Shown one piece after another: positions 17,836 to 28,144 of a stretch of 64,000 bases of DNA. The DNA lies in IMG/VR virus record IMGVR_UViG_3300037484_000374, positions 32,001 to 96,000 of that record; one strand, given 5' to 3'. The translations under genes and the position numbers were made by a program. Within the stretch, counting starts at the first letter, position 1, and every line of letters starts with the position of its first letter. Source of the DNA: a virus. Below the pieces are notes generated by a model. The model was not told the DNA's origin. It saw only the letters and a list, made by a program, of their open reading frames with translations, and did no database searches.

Positions 17836-19392
17836 ATGCCAGAACTTGAATTTGAAAATGAAAGGAGAGTAAAAAAACTTGGTGTTCAGTATGAATATAC
17901 ACCTGATCAGATAAAAGAATTGATCAGGTGTAAGAAGTCTTGTTTGTATTTTGTGAGTAATTACGTCAAAATATATAATGAAGATCAAGGCATTATTTTA
18001 TTTAACCCCTATGACTATCAAAAGGAGTTACTTGAGAATTATGAAAAGTACCGTTTTAACATCGGACTACTCTGTAGACAGTCAGGTAAGACCACTGTAG
18101 TTGCGGCATATGCGTTATGGTTTGCTATTTTTAATGATAACAAAAATATAGGTATCGTTTCAAATAAAGAAGATAGCGCAAAATCATTCTTGGCACGTCT
18201 TAAAGAGATGTATGAATTGTTGCCAGGATGGCTAAAACCTGGGGTTATAGCATGGGCCGAGACATCTGTAAAATTTGAAAATAAAACAAAAATAAGAATC
18301 AGCGCCACAAGTAAAGATTCTTTCCGTGGCGAGCCAATGTCACTCGTTATATGTGATGAGTTAGCTTTCGTTGACCCGCAATGGAAAGCGGATGAATTCT
18401 GGGCGAGTAACTATCCTACCATTTCAGCTTCAAAAACTGCGAAGATTATTATCATTAGTACACCAAATGGTATGTATAATAAATTCCATGAACTATACTC
18501 AAAAGCCGAGAAAAAACAAAATACATTTGTTCCTTACTTCGCTGATTGGACAAGGGTTCCTGGAAGAGATGAAAAATGGGCCGCTGAGCAGCTTGCCAAT
18601 CTTGGAGAGATCAAATTTGCACAAGAATTCTCCTGTAAGTTCGTTGGTAGTAGTTCCACAGTTCTTGACCCAGCCACAATTGAGCGCATTTTAAATCAAA
18701 GAATATATGATCCAAAATTATTAGACCTTAATAATAAATTCAGAGTATACGAAAAACCAAAAGATGGTTCCATATATGTCATTGGGGTGGACGTTGCAAA
18801 GGGTACTGGTGAGCATTACAGTACGATGCAAGTATTGAAGATAGTGAGTATCGACCCTCTTAAAGTTCAACAGGTTGCTGTATATGAGGACAACATGACA
18901 GACGTGTACCGTTTCTCTGAGATAGTAAATAGGACATGTTATTACTATAATAAAGCCTATTTAATGATTGAGAATAATGGTGAGGGTGCTCCGGTTGTAA
19001 ATCGAATATGGTGGGAGTATGAAAATGAATATCTGGTTTGTACTGGTACAAAAGCAAAAGACCTCGGTATAAGAGCAACAAAAGCAACAAAACCAATTGC
19101 TGTTCTATTCATGAAAAAAGTAATCGAGGGGAAATCCCTTAAAGTTATAGATTACAAAACGATCAAACAGTTATCATCATTTATTGACAAAGGGAATAAT
19201 AAATTCACAGGTGGTGGACAGGATGATGATTTAGTATCTGCGTTGTATTGGGCACTATATATTTTCTGTATGGATGTCCTCGATGAGAAGTTTGAATTTA
19301 GAAGAGAGGAAGCAGAGGATGAGGGATGGGGGATTCTAAGTGATGTGGATACGGAAGAAGAAGAAGTTGATTGGTCTTGGATGAGAGAATAA
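17836..19392 (+). CDS. gp17: Terminase large subunit (gp17-like)
   Basis: PYDYQ, RQSGKTT, ICDELAF, ISTPNG, FAQEF, GVDVA, DDLV. Confidence 0.95.
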   Translation: MPELEFENERRVKKLGVQYEYTPDQIKELIRCKKSCLYFVSNYVKIYNEDQGIILFNPYDYQKELLENYEKYRFNIGLLCRQSGKTTVVAAYALWFAIFNDNKNIGIVSNKEDSAKSFLARLKEMYELLPGWLKPGVIAWAETSVKFENKTKIRISATSKDSFRGEPMSLVICDELAFVDPQWKADEFWASNYPTISASKTAKIIIISTPNGMYNKFHELYSKAEKKQNTFVPYFADWTRVPGRDEKWAAEQLANLGEIKFAQEFSCKFVGSSSTVLDPATIERILNQRIYDPKLLDLNNKFRVYEKPKDGSIYVIGVDVAKGTGEHYSTMQVLKIVSIDPLKVQQVAVYEDNMTDVYRFSEIVNRTCYYYNKAYLMIENNGEGAPVVNRIWWEYENEYLVCTGTKAKDLGIRATKATKPIAVLFMKKVIEGKSLKVIDYKTIKQLSSFIDKGNNKFTGGGQDDDLVSALYWALYIFCMDVLDEKFEFRREEAEDEGWGILSDVDTEEEEVDWSWMRE

Positions 19393-19402
19393 TAATATTT
19401 TA

Positions 19403-19410
19403 TATAAATA
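19403..19410 (+). promoter_or_regulatory. T4-type late promoter
   Basis: TATAAATA. Confidence 0.7.
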
Positions 19411-19442
19411 CTATTGAATAATTTTATTTAAAAGGATAATAG

Positions 19443-19731
19443 ATGAGGTTTCATAAATTCATAACAGAGATGGTCGCACCTAGACAACGGGATATTGCTA
19501 AGGTCTATTAACCCAGAAACAGGTCGAAACCTCGAACTGGATGTATGGCTTCCAGAGTTAAGAAAAGCAATTGAGTTTAACGAAAGATATTGACACTCAT
19601 CTATATATGCCAAACAACATGATAAAATTAAAAACAACAATGTAAGGAAACAGGTAATATTATTAGTGGTTAAGGGTAATTATGTCAAAGAAAAATGTCT
19701 AAATAAAATAAAAGAATTTATAAAGGGATAA
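19443..19731 (+). pseudogene. Chimeric remnant: MRFHKFITE leader joined to a decayed endonuclease C-terminus
   Basis: INPETGRNLELDVWLPELRKAIEFN followed by stop and frameshifts; DNA blocks identical to the 3' end of 16777..17835. Confidence 0.75.
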
Positions 19732-19737
19732 TAAACT

Positions 19738-20577
19738 ATGGCTATAACAAGACAAGAACTCAGAGAGCGGGTTAAACACAGACTTGGATACCCGATGGTT
19801 AAGGTAGAAATTTGTGACACACAGATAGATGATCATATAATATATGCAAGGGATAAATTTATAAAATGGGCTGTGGGTAATGCACGACAGGAACATTTCC
19901 TAACAGTAATGTTAAGAGGTGGTCAGAGTATATATGATATGCCACCTGGGGTTACTGATATTATCAGCTACGATGATAAGGGGGTTGGTAACAGTGGTGG
20001 TATAAATACACTTTTCTCAATCGAGAATTACATGTACAAGAGCGGTATGCTTGACAGTTTTTTTCATAGCGGATTTTCATTGGTTGAGTATCATATCGCC
20101 CTTGACTTTCTTGAAACCTTAGACAGATACATTACGACAGATTATAACTGGAAATATCATAGACACACAAACCAGTTAGAGATATACCCAGCACCACCTG
20201 TAAGTGGTGGTTGTTTATATGATACTAACGGTTTATTGGTTGATTCCCCAGGATTTGTACTGGTAAAGACTATGATGATAGAGGGTGCAACCTTACCAAC
20301 ATATACTCCAAGTACATCAGGAGCCTATAGAGTTGATGAACAATTTGAAGACGCTCTTTGGGACAAAGATTGGATCATTGATTATGTTACGGCAATGTCA
20401 AAAATAACATTGGGTATGATCAGAAGAAAATTCGCCAGTTTTTCAGGATTAGGTGGCCAAGGTATAGCTTTGGATGGTTCAGAATTGATAGGTGAAGGTA
20501 AAGAGGAAAAAGCAGACCTCGAATTAACACTTAGAGATGAGGAATGTTATGATGGATACGGAATAACTTTTGGGTGA
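19738..20577 (+). CDS. gp13: Neck protein (gp13-like)
   Basis: RLGYPMVKVEI..QIDD; WIIDYVTA..KF..GIALDG. Confidence 0.85.
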   Translation: MAITRQELRERVKHRLGYPMVKVEICDTQIDDHIIYARDKFIKWAVGNARQEHFLTVMLRGGQSIYDMPPGVTDIISYDDKGVGNSGGINTLFSIENYMYKSGMLDSFFHSGFSLVEYHIALDFLETLDRYITTDYNWKYHRHTNQLEIYPAPPVSGGCLYDTNGLLVDSPGFVLVKTMMIEGATLPTYTPSTSGAYRVDEQFEDALWDKDWIIDYVTAMSKITLGMIRRKFASFSGLGGQGIALDGSELIGEGKEEKADLELTLRDEECYDGYGITFG

Positions 20578-20585
20578 GGAATTAT

Positions 20586-21548
20586 ATGAGCAGATTACAT
20601 AATTATATGACAGAGGGAAATGGTAAGGTTGTTAAGGTTGTAATATTAACATCCCGTAGTGGTGACAATACCATAAAAACATCAGCTGAGAAGTTTGAAG
20701 AATCTGCTAAAAAGCATGATATGACCCCATATCTGGTATATTCTGAGGATGGGTATATATCAGATGATAAAGTAACTACCATCCACAATATTGATGATAA
20801 GAAAGGGTTTAAAATTGACCCAGATAATACAGTTGTCATCGCCCGTGGTGGTGTTCTTTACACAAAGACAGGTATTAATCTATTACATCAGCTTGAAACC
20901 CTTGGATTTTTCTGTGTGAATACAAGAAAATCTATGGAATTATGTAGCGATAAATATAAATCAATGTTGATGTTCAGAAAACTTGGAATAGACACACCCA
21001 TTACTCGCATAGTGAGTTCTCAGGAAAAACTTGAGGTTGTTATAGATAGAATCACCACATTTCCAGTTGTTATTAAGACAATATCTGGATATGGGGGTGC
21101 TGGGGTGTTCAAAATCGACTCAGTGGAGAATTTAAGACCGACACTACAGGCAATATGGAATATCAGTGAAGACGAGGAGATGCTAATTCAGGACTTCATA
21201 GAGAGTGATGGTGACATAAGAATTCATGTTCTTGGTGGTGAGATCATAGCCGCAATGAAACGAGTAAAACCGGATGATGATTTCAGATCAAATTATTCTC
21301 TCGGTGGAGATATAGAATCAGTAGAAATAACAGACAAAATGAAAAACATGGCAATATTGGCAACGAAGGAATCTGGACTTTCATGGTCTGGTGTTGATAT
21401 TATAATAGATAAGAAAAATAATAAACCGTATATGGTTGAAATCAATGGTTCCCCAGGAACAGAGGGGATTGACAAAGTATTAAAAACTAAATCAACAATC
21501 GATATTGTTCTTGAATTTATTAAAGATAAAAATAACTGGGATAATTAA
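20586..21548 (+). CDS. rimK: RimK-like ATP-grasp alpha-L-glutamate ligase
   Basis: CSDK, FPVVIKTISGYGGAGV, IQDFI, DIRIHV, DFRSNYSLGG, GVDI, EINGSPG. Confidence 0.88.
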   Translation: MSRLHNYMTEGNGKVVKVVILTSRSGDNTIKTSAEKFEESAKKHDMTPYLVYSEDGYISDDKVTTIHNIDDKKGFKIDPDNTVVIARGGVLYTKTGINLLHQLETLGFFCVNTRKSMELCSDKYKSMLMFRKLGIDTPITRIVSSQEKLEVVIDRITTFPVVIKTISGYGGAGVFKIDSVENLRPTLQAIWNISEDEEMLIQDFIESDGDIRIHVLGGEIIAAMKRVKPDDDFRSNYSLGGDIESVEITDKMKNMAILATKESGLSWSGVDIIIDKKNNKPYMVEINGSPGTEGIDKVLKTKSTIDIVLEFIKDKNNWDN

Positions 21549-21550
21549 TA

Positions 21551-22258
21551 ATGGCTTGTAACTGCAAAGACGTATTAAAGGGGACACCGCTATGGAGCAT
21601 GTACGATGTCACAGAAGATAACTGTGAACATGCACTGTATGACTCTATAATAACAGAGATGACAGACATTTCTGGGTTTCCGGTTGAAATTTATATACCA
21701 ATCAGAACATTTGACCCATTATATGGTGAGGATGCATCAGAGAATTTATCTGATCCTGTAATGACAAAACTGATATATGAACCATTAGAGGGTTTATCGA
21801 TCACAGAGGCATTTGGTATTACCAGTGATGAGACATTACAATATGCTTTTATTCCAAAATCTACATTCACCAGAGACTTGAGTGCGGCCTATTATGCGTT
21901 GGCCCCATCTGGAACTGATGTATTGGTTGTTCCAAGGCCAGGACTTGTTATTAAGACCCTATGGGATAATAGAAATTATGAAGTAGTTGATGTTGGTAAA
22001 GAACAGAACATCTTCCTAGCCAAGAAACTTATCTATGAATTCATCTTGAGACCATTCAGATTTAGTGAACAATCAGACACACACAGAGAGATACACACCG
22101 GTATGGATGCAAGCACATTTGAAACACATGTTACAAGTGGTGGCGATGCTCTATCCGATTTTATAGAGAATGAATATGGGGATAATGATTTTATTGAAAC
22201 AGAGTCAAATAAGATTGATAAATATCAGGACATTGACGAAAAAATGTTCGGAAGGTAA
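21551..22258 (+). CDS. gp14: Neck protein (gp14-like)
   Basis: YIPIRTFDPLYGED, FGI..DE, PRPG..IK, YGDNDFIE; located between gp13 and gp15. Confidence 0.75.
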   Translation: MACNCKDVLKGTPLWSMYDVTEDNCEHALYDSIITEMTDISGFPVEIYIPIRTFDPLYGEDASENLSDPVMTKLIYEPLEGLSITEAFGITSDETLQYAFIPKSTFTRDLSAAYYALAPSGTDVLVVPRPGLVIKTLWDNRNYEVVDVGKEQNIFLAKKLIYEFILRPFRFSEQSDTHREIHTGMDASTFETHVTSGGDALSDFIENEYGDNDFIETESNKIDKYQDIDEKMFGR

Positions 22259-22262
22259 TTAA

Positions 22263-22502
22263 ATGAGACTATTAAACTTTTTATCAGAGGAAGAATCATT
22301 CAGTCAAAAGTTGGCTGGTATGAAGGATTCAATTCAAGCACTGAGAGATAAACTTATAGAACTTGAAAATAGTCTCGGTGATGCCGCTGATAATGATGAA
22401 ACTAAGAAAATACGATCTGAGATGGATACTGTAAAGGGTAATATAAAGATCGCAAAGCTAAAACTTGAAATGACCAAGGACAATGGAAGACTTAGCAAAT
22501 GA
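22263..22502 (+). CDS. Small coiled-coil protein with capsid-targeting-like N-terminus
   Basis: MRLLNFLSEE. Confidence 0.6.
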   Translation: MRLLNFLSEEESFSQKLAGMKDSIQALRDKLIELENSLGDAADNDETKKIRSEMDTVKGNIKIAKLKLEMTKDNGRLSK

Positions 22503-22684
22503 AATTCAAGCAATACCTAAATGATATTAATGAACCATCACCCATGGATTTATCAAATATATCACCAAAAGATATTTCTGGCCTAATAAAGAAGGATTGT
22601 AAACCATTCCTGAACAAGACAACGTTATATATGTTCAGAGGTATAAAAAATTCAAACGGTACAGATATTTTTAAAAAGTTATAA
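22499..22684 (+). CDS. Small protein with capsid-targeting-like N-terminus, possibly truncated
   Basis: MKFKQYLND...IKKDCKPFL..MFRG. Confidence 0.5.
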   Translation: MKFKQYLNDINEPSPMDLSNISPKDISGLIKKDCKPFLNKTTLYMFRGIKNSNGTDIFKKL

Positions 22685-22719
22685 TGATCAATAAGTTCTA
22701 AAACTATAAAAGGTAGATA

Positions 22720-23544
22720 ATGAAAGACCACTATTTTTATAATGCACTAAGAAAAACTATTATACAATTTCTTGATCTCTTCAATGATATAACCATTGCC
22801 AGATATGCAACAGATGGTGAAATACTGAAATACGTTTCTGTTCCTGTTAAATTTGCGCCAAAAACCCGTGGTTATTATTTTCAAGAAAAAGAAACAGCAA
22901 CAGGAGAAATTATCCGTGATAAGGTTCTCCCTATCATTGGAATAAATATGACAGGCTTGGAGTATGCATCTGACAGAGCCGTTAACAAAAACTCGAATAT
23001 AACTTCAAGAAGAACTCAGAATGATATTTCAAGATTTTTAAATCCGGTTCCTTATGATATAAGTTTTGAAGTAAAGATAGCAGCTCAATATGTTATTGAC
23101 ATAACACAAATCATCGAAAATATTTTACCATTCTTTGACCCGACAGCATTTATAAGAATAACAATTCCAGAGTTGGATATCATTGATAGTTCAGAAGAGG
23201 GAGCGGCAAATCTCGATCTGAAAGTTATATATGAAGGATCATCACCTGAGATGCAAGTAGAAATTGACGAGGCCAATTTTAGGGTACTAGAATGGACACT
23301 GACATTTAAAGTTGAAGGGTTTATGTTCAAACCTCTCAAAACAGAAGGTGTTGTCAAGAAGGTTGTCAATAAGATTTACACCAATGAGACATCATGGGTA
23401 TTACGTAACAGCACAACACAGGGAGCAAGCGGTATAGGAAATGATGCCGTTGAGATATTAACCTTACCGACCAGCGGTGTTAAATATGATGAGGAAGCAA
23501 GAATACTTTACAAATACGAACTCTATGAGAAGTTCGAGGAATAA
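22720..23544 (+). CDS. gp15: Tail terminator/sheath stabilizer (gp15-like)
   Basis: YFYNALRKTIIQFLDLFNDI, PVPYDISF, QIIENILPFFDP. Confidence 0.9.
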   Translation: MKDHYFYNALRKTIIQFLDLFNDITIARYATDGEILKYVSVPVKFAPKTRGYYFQEKETATGEIIRDKVLPIIGINMTGLEYASDRAVNKNSNITSRRTQNDISRFLNPVPYDISFEVKIAAQYVIDITQIIENILPFFDPTAFIRITIPELDIIDSSEEGAANLDLKVIYEGSSPEMQVEIDEANFRVLEWTLTFKVEGFMFKPLKTEGVVKKVVNKIYTNETSWVLRNSTTQGASGIGNDAVEILTLPTSGVKYDEEARILYKYELYEKFEE

Positions 23545-23547
23545 TAA

Positions 23548-24048
23548 ATGAAAGTTAATTTAAATAAAGCAAACCCACAGAATTATGAGATCATATTTCC
23601 AAAGATACCAACAGAGGAAACAATGGAGGGTTCTACAGAATTAACCATCAATATCTATGAGTCTGTTATACCTTCCCTCACCATGGAAGCAACCCCTCGA
23701 TATTGGCAGGGTGGTGTTGCTCAGTATGAGGCCGGTTCATTGACATACGAGCCATGGTTTGTAAGGTTCACAGTTGATAGTGAGTTTAAAAACTGGCTTA
23801 CACTATATAAATGGATGCTGAATATAAATAACAATAAGAATAAATTTTCTGCATCGAGAGAAGAATACGTTGTGGATGCTACACTGAAAATTACAGATAA
23901 CAACGGCTTGGTGGTTTTAAAAGTGGATTTTATAAACGCATGGGTCAATATGCTGGGTGAGATCACGCTGTCTCAGAGAGAGGGTTCAAGAGATTTGATT
24001 GCTTCATGTAACTTAATGTATGATAGGTATCAGATTTCTGGGGTTTAG
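23548..24048 (+). CDS. gp3: Tail completion protein (gp3-like, tube fold)
   Basis: FTVDSEFKNWLTLYKWM, DATLKI. Confidence 0.7.
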   Translation: MKVNLNKANPQNYEIIFPKIPTEETMEGSTELTINIYESVIPSLTMEATPRYWQGGVAQYEAGSLTYEPWFVRFTVDSEFKNWLTLYKWMLNINNNKNKFSASREEYVVDATLKITDNNGLVVLKVDFINAWVNMLGEITLSQREGSRDLIASCNLMYDRYQISGV

Positions 24049-24063
24049 TCCTTAACTTTTTTA

Positions 24064-24071
24064 TATAAATA
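24064..24071 (+). promoter_or_regulatory. T4-type late promoter
   Basis: TATAAATA. Confidence 0.7.
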
Positions 24072-24086
24072 TGGTATAGTATTATT

Positions 24087-24965
24087 ATGAAACTTATATG
24101 GAATAATATAGATAACATATATTTAACAAGAAATAACACCTTTGCGATAAATAAGAAAACAGCATACATATATACATGTGAAGAGTGTGGTGATATATTT
24201 ACAGGAAGAAAAAACACTGTTATATGTAGTAAATGCTCTGTTATAGGTGCTAAAAACCCGTTTTTCGGTAAAAAACACAGTGAAAAAACAAGAAATATAA
24301 TATCAAAAAATAGAAAAGGTAAATGTGTTGGATTAGAACACAAATTTTATGGAAAACATCACTCAAAAAAAACCATAGAAAAAATGAGTGGAAAAAACCA
24401 TAAATTAAGATACGAAAAGGGCGGTTATCCAAATTTTCAGGGTGGTTATTGCACTGATAATATTCCAACATATTTAACATATGCTCATCAATTAAACCCA
24501 TATGGTGTTGATTGTAGACGATCACCCAAAGACAATAACATTCTTGAAGTAAAATGTGATTATTGTGAGGGGTGGTTTATACCTAAGAAAACAGATGTTA
24601 GTAACAGAATACAATCAATTAAAGGTAATTATATCGGTGAGAATAGATTATACTGTTCTGATGATTGTAAACAAAATTGTCCTGTGTTTGGTCAACAAAA
24701 ATCCCGAAAAGGAGAAAAAACATACATATCAAGAAACGATCAAGCGGCACTAAAGGAGTTGGTTTTAGAGAAATATGGTCATGTATGTGAGAAGTGTGGT
24801 GAAGAAGCAAACCTTATCTGTCACCACATAACAGGTGTGGAAATAAACCCAGTTGAAAGTGCAGATATTGATAACTGTGCTGTGTTTTGTGAAAACTGTC
24901 ATAACGGTATACATAAACAGAACGGTTGTGGGTATCATGAAATGATAAAAAAAGAATGTAAGTGA
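24087..24965 (+). CDS. HNH homing endonuclease with NUMOD3 repeats
   Basis: NPFFGKKHSEKTR, FYGKHHSKKT; CEKC..CHH..NC..CENCH. Confidence 0.85.
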   Translation: MKLIWNNIDNIYLTRNNTFAINKKTAYIYTCEECGDIFTGRKNTVICSKCSVIGAKNPFFGKKHSEKTRNIISKNRKGKCVGLEHKFYGKHHSKKTIEKMSGKNHKLRYEKGGYPNFQGGYCTDNIPTYLTYAHQLNPYGVDCRRSPKDNNILEVKCDYCEGWFIPKKTDVSNRIQSIKGNYIGENRLYCSDDCKQNCPVFGQQKSRKGEKTYISRNDQAALKELVLEKYGHVCEKCGEEANLICHHITGVEINPVESADIDNCAVFCENCHNGIHKQNGCGYHEMIKKECK

Positions 24966-24984
24966 AAATTTTTTATATTTTTTA

Positions 24985-24992
24985 TATAAATA
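24985..24992 (+). promoter_or_regulatory. T4-type late promoter for sheath/tube
   Basis: TATAAATA. Confidence 0.75.
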
Positions 24993-25092
24993 ATATAGAG
25001 AACAAGTATACATAGATAATAAAGTTTGAACAAAAAATAAAATTCAAGTCCTGTATAATGAATCTTATATGGGCACAAAAAGGAGAAACATT

Positions 25093-26811
25093 ATGCCATT
25101 TTATTTAAGCCCATTAGTTGATGTCAATGAGATATCATTGGACACAACAATTCAAGGAGTCGCTACATCAATAGGTGTTATAGTTTTAAGAGACACTTAC
25201 AAAGGCCCAGAATTAAAGAAACAGTTGCTAACAAGAGAACTGGAATTAGAAGAAGTTTTTGGTAAAATAACCACCGATAGAGATTGCTATCGTGATATGC
25301 TGAACGCTAAAGGATTCCTGAAATATGGATCATCACTTTATGCTACAAGAGTTTTACCTGTAGCGGCAACGTTTGCTGGAACAAAAGTAACCAGCACAGG
25401 TACAGCATGGGAAGCATTTTCAACACCTCTCACATTGGCTGATCTTGATAGTGCCGATCCAGACAACCTCGGTGACGATGTTACAGCAGATACAGCACTT
25501 TGGGTTATCGCTTCATCAAGAGGAGCATGGGGTAACAATGTAAGAATTGCTACTCTTACAAAAACCTCACAGAATGAAATGGTTTCCGGTGGTAATTCAC
25601 TTTGGGCAACTTATCCAGTATTCGCTGATATCGACTCACCATTAGTAGAAGACACCGATTTCTTGGTAGTTGTTCAAGAGATGCCACAGGGTGGAGCATC
25701 ATGGATAACAAAAGAAGTTCATAATGTATCTACAAAAGAGTTGGCCATCGATGACCAAGGCAATTCCAAATTCGTAGAAAACGTAATCAATCAACAATCT
25801 GCTTACATCAGAGTTGCTATGTCAGCGGCACAGACAGAACAAAACTGGACACTTGATTCAGAATCATGGGTAGCCTTGACAGATGGTGCTTTCACAGCAT
25901 CTACTGTTACAGAAGGAACAATAATGGAAGCTCTTGACCTCTATGCAAATCCAGAAGAAATAGATGTTAATATCCTTATCGATAGTGATAAACCAGTTGC
26001 GGTAAAACAATATATGATTCAGATCGCAGAAAGCAGAAAGGACTGTATGGCAATTCTCGATCCACCAATGGAACTCTGTGTTAATAACAGAGGAAATGAG
26101 GCAACGGACTTGAGAGATTGGCGGCGGGGTCTTGGAGCATTTACATCTGATAACTTGAATGAGAACACTTCATATGCATCTTTATACGGTAACTGGGCTG
26201 AGATATATGAGAAAGACACCAAAAAGTATCGCTGGATTCCATTGTCAGGTAATGTAGCCGGTATGTATGCAAATACCGATGATGTTGCCGAGCCATGGTT
26301 CGCACCTGCCGGTCTTAACAGAGGTGTGCTTACAGGTATCAGAAAACTTGCTTGGAACCCAACACAGGGTCATAGAGATATTCTTTACAAGAATGGTATC
26401 AACCCAATTGTTCCTTTTGCCGGTCAGGGAAAGGTTATTTGGGGTCAGAAAACATTACTCGATAAACCAAGTGGGTTTAATCGAGTTAACGTTAGACGAC
26501 TTTTCATGATTCTTGAGAAAGCGATTGCCACATCTAGTAAATACTTCCTATTTGAGCCTAATGATCCGGTAACCCGTACTCAGCTTGTAAATATGATTGA
26601 GCCTTTCCTTAGAGATGTTCAGTCAAGAAGAGGTATTCGTGCATTTAAGGTTGTCTGTGATGAAAGCAATAATACTTCCGAACGTGAGGCCAGAAATGAG
26701 TTGTGGTGTTCGATCATCATCCAACCAACCCGATCAGCGGAGTTTATTGTACTTAATTTTGTATCAGTAAAAGATGCATCACAGTTTGAGGAAGCATCAC
26801 AGGTAGCATAA
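25093..26811 (+). CDS. gp18: Tail sheath protein (gp18-like)
   Basis: LSPLVDVNE, PWFAPAGLNRG, WGQKTL, RVNVRRLF, FEPND. Confidence 0.96.
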   Translation: MPFYLSPLVDVNEISLDTTIQGVATSIGVIVLRDTYKGPELKKQLLTRELELEEVFGKITTDRDCYRDMLNAKGFLKYGSSLYATRVLPVAATFAGTKVTSTGTAWEAFSTPLTLADLDSADPDNLGDDVTADTALWVIASSRGAWGNNVRIATLTKTSQNEMVSGGNSLWATYPVFADIDSPLVEDTDFLVVVQEMPQGGASWITKEVHNVSTKELAIDDQGNSKFVENVINQQSAYIRVAMSAAQTEQNWTLDSESWVALTDGAFTASTVTEGTIMEALDLYANPEEIDVNILIDSDKPVAVKQYMIQIAESRKDCMAILDPPMELCVNNRGNEATDLRDWRRGLGAFTSDNLNENTSYASLYGNWAEIYEKDTKKYRWIPLSGNVAGMYANTDDVAEPWFAPAGLNRGVLTGIRKLAWNPTQGHRDILYKNGINPIVPFAGQGKVIWGQKTLLDKPSGFNRVNVRRLFMILEKAIATSSKYFLFEPNDPVTRTQLVNMIEPFLRDVQSRRGIRAFKVVCDESNNTSEREARNELWCSIIIQPTRSAEFIVLNFVSVKDASQFEEASQVA

Positions 26812-26842
26812 ATAAGATTTAAAGTAAAAAGGAGAAATAAAA

Positions 26843-27364
26843 ATGCCAGGAAAAGACAGTTTCAATATCGACAATATGACAAGTAAATATCGTGATTTCG
26901 CACGTTCATACCTGTATTATCTAACAATAGACAATGCACCGGCAGGTTTATGGGATACAAAGAATTATCCTTTTCTTGTAAACTCAACAACCGCACCACA
27001 ATCATCAGTTGGTGAAATAGAAACCAATTGGCAGGGTAACGTCTATAAATTAGGTTCAACTCGTACATTTGAGGATTTCACCGTTACGTTCAAAGTTGAC
27101 ACCAAATCTGATGTTTATAGAAATCTGAGAAAATGGGTTAATTTAGTACATGATCCAGAAACGAATGTTCATGGAAACCCTGCTACATATGCAAATGCTA
27201 TTATATCATTGGAACATCTTGATGGTAATGGTGATCCAATTGCTGTTTATAAATTGCATAAAGCATGGTGTAAAACATGTTCGGGTATCACATTTGATTA
27301 TGGTACAAAAGAAGTTGCCACTTTCGAGGCTACATTTGCATATCAGTATTCAACAGAAGTTTAA
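26843..27364 (+). CDS. gp19: Tail tube protein (gp19-like)
   Basis: RTFEDFTVTF, FEATFAYQY; follows the sheath gene. Confidence 0.88.
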   Translation: MPGKDSFNIDNMTSKYRDFARSYLYYLTIDNAPAGLWDTKNYPFLVNSTTAPQSSVGEIETNWQGNVYKLGSTRTFEDFTVTFKVDTKSDVYRNLRKWVNLVHDPETNVHGNPATYANAIISLEHLDGNGDPIAVYKLHKAWCKTCSGITFDYGTKEVATFEATFAYQYSTEV

Positions 27365-27400
27365 GTTTAAGATCAAAACATTAAAATGTAAGGAGGAAAA

Positions 27401-28144
27401 ATGTCGATAGATATTAAAAGTCTTATTAATCAATATGATTTTACTTGTGTTCTTCCGAGTACACAAGAAGAGATACGTTTCAGACCGTTAAATACCGGTC
27501 AAATGAAAAAGTTATTAGTTTATGAAAACAATGAAGACCCTTTTGTTATTGAGGATATCATTGATGATATTATCAAAGGGTGTGTTATAACAGAGGGGTT
27601 TGACATTAATAAATTAAAACTTCAAGATCGGTTCAAATTATTACTGGATATTAGGATAAAATCAAAGGGGGTCAGTTACTCGTTTACTTTAAAATGCCCT
27701 GCTTGTAAAGCAAATACCCCACAAACTGTTAAACTTGATAAATTAAAAGAGAAAAAATTTGATAAGGATAACAGTGGATTGGTAATGTTAAATGACAGTA
27801 TATCAATAACACTTTCCCATATAACAAGGGGTATGCAGAAAGAAGCACAGGAACTTGTTAGGAAAATTCCAGAACTAACATATACGCAACAGTTAATGGA
27901 AACAGTTACATATTCTATGGCTTTATCCGTAAAGTCTGTTCTTGCCAATGGCGAAGAAATCAAGGACTCTCCTCTTGATGATATTGTATTTGTTTTGGAT
28001 AATGTACCAGATGAAGAATTTGCAAAGTTGAAAAACTGGTATATAGATAATGATTTTGGAGTGGTGTTCAAGTATAAGCAAGCATGTAGACACTGTGATT
28101 ATGTAAAAGAAATTGATATACCAATATCAAATTTTTTTACATAA
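27401..28144 (+). CDS. gp26: Baseplate hub assembly/tail chaperone (gp26-like)
   Basis: LPST..IRFRP, IRIKSKG, two CxxC, ends SNFF. Confidence 0.85.
   Translation: MSIDIKSLINQYDFTCVLPSTQEEIRFRPLNTGQMKKLLVYENNEDPFVIEDIIDDIIKGCVITEGFDINKLKLQDRFKLLLDIRIKSKGVSYSFTLKCPACKANTPQTVKLDKLKEKKFDKDNSGLVMLNDSISITLSHITRGMQKEAQELVRKIPELTYTQQLMETVTYSMALSVKSVLANGEEIKDSPLDDIVFVLDNVPDEEFAKLKNWYIDNDFGVVFKYKQACRHCDYVKEIDIPISNFFT

Noticed and set aside
24057-24992. 15-bp TTTTTTATATAAATA on both sides of the HNH gene as a target-site duplication
   Set aside because: The same string occurs at other late promoters (35057, 41060), so it is promoter consensus
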